From contig NC_043008.1 of the NCBI RefSeq assembly GCF_006345805.1, positions 52,018,001-52,082,000 of the forward strand: DNA of 64,000 bases, given 5' to 3'. Both the position numbers and the translations under genes were made by a program. This document shows positions 27,479 through 36,372 of this stretch, piece by piece. Source of the DNA: Octopus sinensis (lineage: Eukaryota). The notes under the pieces are model-generated. The model was not told the origin of the DNA, ran no database searches, and saw only the letters and a program-made list of their open reading frames with translations. Numbering within the stretch: position 1 is the stretch's first letter; every line of letters begins with the position of its first letter.

Positions 27479-28662
27479 GTGAGAAGTGGGCTGGTCCACT
27501 ACTAAAAAATAGTGGACAGGCTCAGTAAGTAGTGTCAGTCAGCAAGGTACTTTGCTCGTGCCAGTCCCGCAAAGATGACGAAATACGTCGTTATAATGCG
27601 GGACATGTCAGTGGCGATGAGGATACCTCCCACTGTATAATGGTGTTGTTATTACAGTTATAACAAGGTTACGAATGCTCATAGGAGTGTTGAAATGGAA
27701 GACCTATGTTCAAGAATAATCATAGAAAGTTTGAAGGATTTAAATTTTTGCACAGTGAAAAATAATATACATACAGTGAAAAATATATAAAGAAAGATTC
27801 TAAAGAAAAAATGTCCGATAAAACTGGAACTCTAACACAAAACTGAACTACACACTGAAAATTAATGTAAGTCTGTTTGAAGGGCTTAAGTCAGATTGCT
27901 ATATGTAGTAGCGCTAGCAGTAAACAATGTAGACTGGTACTATCTCTCTTTTACTCTTTTACTTGTTTCAGTCATTTGACTGTGGCCATGCTGGAGCACC
28001 ACCTTTAATTGAGCAACTCGACCCTGGGACTTATTCTTTTGTAAGCCCAGTACTTATTCTATCGGTCTCTTTTGCCGAACCACTAAGTAACGGGGACGTA
28101 AACACACCAGCATCAGTTGTCAAGCAATGCTAGGGGGACAAACACAGACACACAAACACGCGCATATATATATATGTATATACATATATACGACAGGCTT
28201 CTTTTCAGTTTCTGTCTACCAAATTCACTAACAAGGCTTTGGTCGGTCCGAGGCTATAGTAGAAGACACTTGCCCAAGGTGCCACGCAGCGGGACTGTAC
28301 CCGGAACCATGTGGTTGGTAAACAAGCTACTTACCACACAGCCACTCCTGTGGCATTTTGAAAATATAAATATATAAATATAATTCTGTATGGAACAAAG
28401 AAATATCTAGATAAGAAGAGAACAATAATTCTGGTTAGAAGAAAAAGAAATGACAAAAAAAAAATATGTAATGTGTTGAAAGAATAGAAAAACTAAATCT
28501 CATAGGGAGGAGGTGTTGTGGCAGATGACCCCAGGTGAGAAGTGAGCTGGTCCATTACTAATGAATAGTGGACTGACTCAGTAAGTAGTGTCAGTCAGCG
28601 AGGTACGCTATTTGGGCCAGTCCCACAGAGATAGATAAATACGTCATCATAATGTGGGACAT
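27479..28662. repeat. Dispersed direct repeat of a 128-bp two-hairpin element (27479-27606 and 28535-28662)
   Basis: Ungapped alignment at offset 1056, with 22 mismatches by my count. Confidence 0.9.
27943..28350 (-). mobile_element. Young SINE family A1
   Basis: Reverse complement of 31186-31584 along its whole length. Confidence 0.9.
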
Positions 28663-29126
28663 ATCAAAAAATACAACTGCATAACACTGTTGTTAACATT
28701 TGCATTTTCACAAAAATTCAACAAATGTCACTAAAATATTTGGCGATGTATCACCTGAAAAATGTTTGGCTGAGTATCACCTGAAGAAATGGCAGTTTGT
28801 GAGAATATGAACTTAGATAATGTTACCTATTAAGTTATATGTTTGTTCTCCTATTTTAAATAAACATCCTGCTGAAACATATGTAATGATGGTATGAAAA
28901 ATCTATTTGTTTTATTCTTGTTCGCTATAAATTACACCACATAAAATGTACGAGTTATTCCTTTGATACAAACACTGATTTGCATGATACTCGATGCTGG
29001 AGATCAATTGTTTCAACTCTGCATTGTCTTCTGCTATGAAGGCTTAAACTGCAAGGAATTTCAGAGTAATTTTCTAGCCAAAAATACACAGAGGTGCCTT
29101 GATTATTTAATTGACCCCTTCTGTTA

Positions 29127-29129
<3 letters not shown>

Positions 29130-29169
<40 letters not shown>

Positions 29170-29173
29170 ATAC

Positions 29174-29217
<44 letters not shown>

Positions 29218-29255
29218 TATTTTTATATATATATATATAATATATATATATATAT
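29130..29255. repeat. Long (TA)n microsatellite (others at about 19121-19168, 29721-29935, 36322-36365, 57286-57346)
   Basis: Direct. Confidence 0.95.
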
Positions 29256-29717
29256 ACATTTAAATATTTGTTGTGCAAGATTTTTTATGTGAAGTCGTGT
29301 GTTGAAACAGATATTGTTATATTTCGGAATGGTCATATTGCCAGTTTAGCCAATAAAAACACACGCACTATATATTTGGTGTTATTTTGCTTCAGTGATA
29401 TTTATTTTTTACATTAATCTTAATTTTATTTCGGCCAAAGTTCTTTCGTCACACTCCTGTGACCGCATCAGTGGTCCTTTGTTTTCTTCTCACTTACTTG
29501 TGTCTCTCCTTACTAACCGTTAGTAAGGAGAGACACAAGTAAGTGAGAAGAAAACAAAGGACCACTGATGCGGTCACAGGAGTGTGACGAAAGAACTTTG
29601 GCCGAAATAAGATTAAGATTAATGTAAAAAATAAATATCACTGAAGCAAAATAACACCAAATATATAGTGCGTGTGTTTTTATTGGCTAAACTGGCAATA
29701 TGACCATTCCGAAATAT

Positions 29718-29725
<8 letters not shown>
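29256..29725. mobile_element. Penelope-like element (PLE) terminal fragment arranged as an inverted duplication, embedded in (TA)n
   Basis: 207-bp arms (29311-29517 and 29519-29725), 1-nt spacer, one mismatch seen. Contains CTGATG..stem..GAAA hammerhead-like core. (TA)n on both sides. PLE assignment is inference from these hallmarks. Confidence 0.65.
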
Positions 29726-29756
<31 letters not shown>

Positions 29757-29870
29757 CACATTTATATATATATATAATATATACATACATACATACATAC
29801 ACACACACATTTATATATATATATGTATATATATACTTTTATATGTATATATATATATACTTTTATATAT

Positions 29871-29909
<39 letters not shown>

Positions 29910-30000
29910 TGCATATCTACATATATACTACACACACACACGTATTGAGCATGTGTCTGTTTCCTTATTTGTCTATTAAATTTTTCTTTGTCTTTTTCAG

Positions 30001-30130
30001 TTTTCAACTTTGCAATGTATTTCGATGATGGTTCTGTTTGTGTTGGTTTAACTCTAACCCACTGCCAGACAACTTCACTGCTGCTCTTGCTGCTGCTGCT
30101 GCTGCCGGTCAGAGAATTTACTCTGGACTA
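30001..30130 (+). promoter_or_regulatory. 5'UTR part of the gus/SPSB exon, with uORFs (30015-30131, 38 aa; 30025-30051, 8 aa) and a (GCT)n tract
   Basis: Acceptor AG at 29999-30000. In-frame stop TGA at 30026-30028 upstream of the main ATG. Out-of-frame ATGs at 30015, 30025 and 30028, read directly from the sequence. Confidence 0.75.
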
Positions 30131-30830
30131 ATGAACATGGGGCAGAAAGTGTCGGGTGGCCTAAAGACTATATCAAGAGAGCCAACATATAAAGTTCTGA
30201 ACAAGGAACAGGCTTATAATCCAGATTTTCAGAAGCCAAGTCGCCTGGACATGTTGCTGGACATGCCACCTGTACCGTTTGAAGTTCAAATTTCTCATGC
30301 TTGGAACGCGGACGATAGATCATTAAACATATTCGTTAAGGATGACGACAAAACTACATTTCATAGACATCCTGTTGCTCAGAGTACAGACTGTATCCGT
30401 GGGAAAGTTGGATATTCACGTGGCTTGCACGTCTGGGAAATTGTTTGGAGTACACAACAGCGGGGAACACATGCAGTTGTAGGTGTAGCGACACTAGATG
30501 CACCGCTGCACTGTGTGGGATACCAATCTTTAGTCGGAAGTAACCATGAGTCATGGGGATGGGACCTAGGACGCAACAAACTTTATCATGATGTAAAGAA
30601 TAACCCTGGAGTGTCTTACCCTAAATTGCCAAACTCCGAGGAAAATTTCTATGTACCGGACAATTTTCTTGTTGTTTTAGACATGGATGAAGGTACATTA
30701 AGCTTTGTTGTGGATGGACAGTACCTAGGGGTGGCATTCCGTGGCTTAAAAGGAAAGAAACTTTTTCCAATTGTTAGTGCTGTATGGGGACATTGTGAAA
30801 TAACTATACGCTACATTGGAGGACTGGATC
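30131..30830 (+). CDS. gus: SPRY/B30.2-domain SOCS-box protein (gustavus / SPSB1-SPSB4 type), main coding exon; partial CDS, SOCS-box exon not found in window
   Basis: Translation [13 protein letters not shown]...[10 protein letters not shown]...[37 protein letters not shown]...[11 protein letters not shown]...[14 protein letters not shown]...[51 protein letters not shown] matches the Drosophila Gustavus / vertebrate SPSB1 sequences I know almost motif for motif. Strong acceptor (tttttctttgtctttttcAG ending at 30000). Donor C|GTAAGT at 30830/30831, phase 1 in the Pro codon of GLD-P-EP, the intron position I recall for SPSB1. ATG at 30131 (MNM) and 30137 (aacATGG). Confidence 0.95.
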
Positions 30831-31185
30831 GTAAGTACCATCAATGTTCTTTACTTTGTGGATGAGGCAGATTTGTATCTGTTCTGTCCTCTTTCTTGTG
30901 TTTATTTCCTGTTGAACTTTATAAAGAATTATTTTGTTCTAATTTTTTACACAACCCTCTTCAGACGAGGTACTGTTGTAATGTGGTAATTTTATAGTGA
31001 GGTACTGCAATCAATAATGGGGTACCATTATAAGGTGTTGATTGCCGTAATAATGTTTTGTTGTAAGGTGGTTACTGTTACAGTGAGGTACTGCAGTAGT
31101 GTGGCACCATTGTAGAGTGTTGAATGCTGTAATAATGTTTTGTTGTTATGACTACAACGAGGTATTACTGTATTGATTACTATAT

Positions 31186-31584
31186 AGGCGCAGGAGTGGC
31201 TGTGTGGTAAGTAGCTTGCTAACCAACCACATGGTTCCGGGTTCAGTCCCACTGCGTGGCATCTTGGGCAAGTGTCTTCTGCTATAGCCCTGGGCCGACC
31301 AATGCCTTGTGAGTGGATTTGGTAGACGGAAACTGAAAGAAGCCCGTCGTATATATATATGAGTGTGTGTGTGTGTCTGTGTTTGTCCCCCTAGCATTGC
31401 TTGACAACCGATGCTGGTGTGTTTACGTCCCCGTCACTTAGCGGTTTGGCAAAAGAGACCGATAGAATAAGTACTGGGCTTACAAAGAATAAGTCCTGGG
31501 GTCGATTTGCTCGACTAAAGGTGGTGCTCCAGCATGGCCGCAGTCAAATGACTGAAACAAGTAAAAGAGTAAAGAGTAAAGAGT
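31186..31584 (+). mobile_element. Young tRNA-derived SINE, family A1 (tail ...GAAACAAGTAAAAGAGTAAAGAG)
   Basis: A-box-like TGGCTGTGTGG, B-box-like GGTTCAGTCCC, core TTGGGCAAGTGTCTTCT, central (TA)(TG) microsatellite, short tandem tail. Many near-identical copies in the window. Confidence 0.9.
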
Positions 31585-32997
31585 ATTGTAAGGTGTTAAT
31601 GCTGTAATCATATACTGTTGTAAAGTATAGACTGCTTTGGTAGGTTTTCTTGTGAGTTGCTGACTGTTATGATGAGGCATTGGGACTATTGCAAAGTATA
31701 GGGTACTGTAATGTTGCCGTAAAGTCTTCATTTCTGTGATGACATAGAGATGTAAGGAAGTACTGTGTTGTAAACAGGTAGTGTTGTAAAGTGTCAACTA
31801 CTGCAGCTAAATTCAACTAACAATGCCTTGCTTCTGTGTTAAATTATTGCTATTATTCATACGATTCCCCAATTGCTGTGGTTTAATTAGTTATATTAGC
31901 AATTCTGAAGTGCTGATATCAATATTCACTGGAGCAACATATGACAAAAATAGAAGTAAGCTCTCTGCCTGCCAAATGCATAAACTCTACTTTGATTCCC
32001 AATTGAAAGGAATTCACTTTATCTGTGCTGACAAAACCTTGTGGAAAAGTATAATTATGAAATTCTGTTTCCTCTAACTCTCAAACCCCATATCACTATA
32101 AAACTTAAAGCTCTGTACTTCTTAATCAAAAGAAATCAAAACTATTCAGTTGATTGATTAGTCACAGGTGAGAATATACCATTGATTTATTAATTAGATG
32201 ATTTGCGAAGATATATTGTACAGTATATAACAATTTCTAAAATTTGCATGGAGTACTAGTAAATTAAATACCAATAAGATATTAGGGTTGGTTATATCTA
32301 TCCTTTCTTTTCCAACAATGGGAATTTTTTTTTTAAACTTTTGCTACGTAAATGAGATCTTTATTTAGCATTTTTCTTAGACTGCAATCTTCAGTTGATT
32401 TCATCTTATCCTCATTTTGTTTCTGTCATGATATCTAATTCAATGAAGAAAATTGTTCATCATTGCATGGTTGAGTGATCTGAAAATGTAAAAGAAACAT
32501 ATGCACAACACACTTAACCATTTAAAAATTTAAACTGGCTATATCAAGCCCAAAATTTTACCCATTTTATGTTCAAGCTGGCCAGATCCTACCTCTCACA
32601 CTTACCGTACAATGTCTAAAAGTAAACAATTACATTAACAAGATCTTGAAGCTACCCACAAAAGTCATGATTAATTCAAAACAATGCAAATGAATAAACA
32701 CTGCATTTGACAGCAATCTGAATCCTAAATATTCCAACACTGAAGAATGGTATGATCCTCCAACTTGTTGGATCCTGTCAAACCTCCCAATCCATGCTAG
32801 CATGAAAGACGGACATTGAAAAACAATGTTGAATTTGTATTCAAAGAAATACATGTAAGTTATTGTTAAGGGAGTGAAGCATTTAAAATTCTATAGTTAA
32901 CTGTGTATGCATCCATTTGAGTGTGAACTAGTTGCATGCAGTTACAGATCATGACTTGGATTAACTTAAAAAAATTACAATTATTTTTCTAAAGCAA

Positions 32998-33188
32998 ACG
33001 TTCGCACATGCGCACGCACACCTACACGTTCGCGCACGCACACCTACACGTTCGCGCATGCGCACCTACACGTTCGTGCATGCGCACTTACATGGTCGTG
33101 CATGCGCACTTACACGGTCGCGCATGCGCACTTACACGCCCGCGCACACACACGTCCGCGCATGCGCACTTACACGTTCGCACATGCG
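32998..33188. repeat. CpG-rich ~22-bp minisatellite (ACACGTTCGCGCATGCGCACCT)
   Basis: About 8-9 degenerate tandem units read directly. Confidence 0.9.
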
Positions 33189-34048
33189 TATTTATTTGAC
33201 AAAGAAAGGAAAAAAATAGACCATCCTGAAATTCAACAGTCTATATATAAGTACATATACACACACACACACACACACACAGAGTCAGTATTCTGTGGCA
33301 CTAAGAAGATAAGGGAGCAGGTCCATTCTCTCTATTTTCAACCACTTGACTATAGATTGATTACTATAATTACGCTCCAATATTTTATTGGAAACATGTA
33401 TAAGCCTAGAATAACTATACAAAGGACCCATTATCTGTGTGCTGGCATGAGTTGGATGGTTTGGCAGGATCCAGTGAGGCTCAAGAACTGCATTGTTCTC
33501 CAATACTGCTTTAGTGTGATTTCTATGGGGTGACGCTATTCTTAATGCCAGCCAGTGTACAGCATGTACTGGATGGTTTACTTGTGCGGCCAGCACTAGT
33601 GAGGCAGCCATGCCTAATTGGAAGTGGGGGCTACTTTATGCTAAGAGAATGAGGAGATGGGTAGAGTATAAAAGAAGAAGGGCTGATGAAGAACAGGTTT
33701 CTTGCAGTAGCTGCAGCTACACCTAACATCCTCAGTAACCACTCAAATTTTTGAGTGTGATACCCTGTCATCAGATTTATGCATATCAATAAAAGCCAGG
33801 AATAGCTGTATTCTTAACCAAGTATTTCTCTGACAGTATATGTGTGTGTGTGTGTGTGTGTATGTGCACACACACATGCACGCGCACACACACACACATG
33901 TATATGCCAGTATTTATTTTTTTAAGCCTGGTAATTCTATCAGTCTCTCTTGTCAGAGCACTAAGTTAAGGGATGTAAACAAACCAACACTGGTTGTCAA
34001 ACAGTGGTGAGGGACAAATGCAAAGGCTCTCACATATATTCATGCATA

Positions 34049-35215
34049 CAGGGTCTTGCAGATAAATTTACAATGCATAAAACTGCTTATAAATACTAAA
34101 ATAAAGGTAGACAGATATAATTTTAATGTAACATTTATCATAACGCAAATATTTATCACTCAATATGGCTGCACTTTGGGACATTTACTGCCTCCAACAA
34201 AAGAACAAAATATTTTTGCAGCTGCCCTTTTGATTCTGCATGTTGGACACATAATGCAGGTCTTCAGACTGTTGACATTTGAGTGTGGTGAAGCATTGAT
34301 CCTTGCTTGAAGTACACACCCCATAAAAAGTAATTAAGAAGGTTGAGATCTGGGCTATTACTGGACCAGATGTTGGCCCTCATAAAAAATAGCACCTTCT
34401 CACGAAGGAAGGCCTGTGTTACTTTTAACGCATGGCATGGTGCAGAATCCTGGATAAGCTCCACACTGTCAAACCCAGACTTCCCCATCCAAAGTAACAG
34501 AGTTTTTCAGGCTGTCCAGATACTCCATTGTGTTGATCTTCAAGCCAGACTCAATGAAATGTGGATCCATGACTCTTCCATCACTCGCCACAGCTCCAAA
34601 TACCATTACAGAGGCAGGATTCTTATTCTCAAACACAGGGGGGACATCAGAAGGGTTGTATACCTCATCTCAGCGGCCACAGTGAACTTCTCATCCACAA
34701 ACATAAGAGTTTTTCCTGCACCTTGATTACTTTGGCCTTGGCTATTAGGAGGTGATGGTAGTCCTAGCTAATCATACCACAGCTCTGGACACCATGGAAA
34801 GGGACACATTGCATTTCTTTGCAAGAGTTGTCATGGATGTGGATGAGTTGGCTTCAATCAAGCATTTGAGATCAGTGACAAACTTTGGATTGGGTTTGGA
34901 ATCACTTTGAGTCTTGTGTTCTTTACTATTAACCTTTTTCTCTTTTTTAAATTGTTTATACACCCGATAAACTGTTACATTTGGAAGTTTTCTCAACTTC
35001 ACAATTTTGTTGGCAATGTGCCTGGCGCATGCCAAAACAACAATAGCGAAATGATTCTGTTGTTCCATGACTTCCTTTTGTCGAATTAGTTTGCTATTTA
35101 CCTGAAAAATAAAGAGGAAGATTATATTTTCGTGCAAGGTTTTGTCAAAAAACGAAATGTTAAACCCACCAAGTCAACTGCTTAAAATTGGTCTCAATTT
35201 ATCTGCAAGACCCTG
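34049..35215 (-). mobile_element. Complete but degenerate DD37D (maT/Bmmar1-like) Tc1/mariner transposon
   Basis: Perfect 20-bp TIRs CAGGGTCTTGCAGATAAATT (34049-34068 and 35196-35215) with TA on both sides. Transposase remnants: HTH region ...TLAKKCNVSLSMVSRAV, and QDSAPCH...IWSSNSPDLNLLNYFLWG. Confidence 0.9.
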
Positions 35216-36332
35216 TATATACAATGGGATTCTTTCAGTTTCTCTCTTCCAAATCCACTCACAAAGCTTTGGTCATCCTGGTGCTAGTAGAAGACACGCA
35301 ATGGGCTTCTTTTCGGTTTATCCATATCTATGTATCTGCTAGTTGGCTAAATTGTCTGTTGTATAATTTAAGGGCAAAGGTCACCTTATATTTTAAAAAC
35401 TGATTTATTTCACCTGTCAGGCTCACTGTGTTCTGAGTTCAAAATCAGTTAACGTCAACTTTGCCTTTCATCCTTTTAGGGTTGATAAATAAAGTAACAA
35501 TCAAGTCGATTTTCCTCTTACTTTCACTCTTTCCTTCTGTCTATTCTCTCTTTTTAGAAGGTATCAGCTGTGATTCACATCTGGAAAAGAATAGGCTCTG
35601 CTAAACCTAAGAATACTCTAGTCACACCACGGCACATGACTCCAACAAGGAGTTGAGGGCCCAATGCCAAGGCAAAATATATGCCTTATGTATATTATTA
35701 CTCTCAATTTGATGTTTTTCTCTTCTATCAAAACCTCTTAACTCGCTATATCTAAGAAAACATACACATGGAGAAGACACTATCTCAAGGCGCTGCACAG
35801 TGAGACTGAACCTGAAACCATGTGGTTGGGAAGCAAACTTCTTAACCACACAGCTATGCTTGCACTTAAGAATAATATGTCTGGGCTCTGCTTACGAAGC
35901 ATGTCAAAACAATTTTGGCAGCATCGATGTACTTCATTAAGCTTTAATTAGTTTTACATTTTGAATATTTCCTTTGAAATCAAGCAACAGTGTAATGTTT
36001 TCCATTGCAACTCTATGCTAATATCATAGCACCTTAAAAACATTCAGTTGCACTTTTTTTCCCCCCCATAGTAATTTGTGATCGTATTAAGTTACACTGA
36101 AATAATCAAAACTAATTATAAAAGGGGTGGGGAACAAAGAAAGAAAATAAAAAGCCTTTAGAATGAATCCACTTAGCAATTGAAATTAGTGATTTGAAAA
36201 TAATTTGAAGAAAATTTTCATTGATGTAATGGATTTAAATTTTTAAAAAATTATTTATTAGGTTTTGTATAAATACACTCATACATACATACACACACAT
36301 GCACACATTCACATACACTCATATATATATAT

Positions 36333-36372
<40 letters not shown>

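Noticed and set aside
27479-27625. HDV-like ribozyme or H/ACA snoRNA reading of the two-hairpin element (GTCCC...GGGAC, ACA after hairpin 2)
   Set aside because: No P1/P3/L3 pseudoknot arrangement, no ANANNA hinge box, and the hairpins are too short for H/ACA pockets. Kept only as an unexplained structure.
30038-30130. ORF-track N-terminal extension [24 protein letters not shown]... of the SPSB protein
   Set aside because: It begins at TTG (a bacterial-style start call). Homology starts at MNMGQK, and the poly-Ala comes from a (GCT)n tract. Non-AUG initiation is not excluded but has no support.
31190-31260. tRNA gene-like A/B boxes (also 6566-6620 and 8655-8735)
   Set aside because: No complete cloverleaf; these are SINE heads continuing into SINE bodies.
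33008-33533. His/Ala/Arg-rich ORFs
   Set aside because: Translations of the 22-bp minisatellite and (CA)n.
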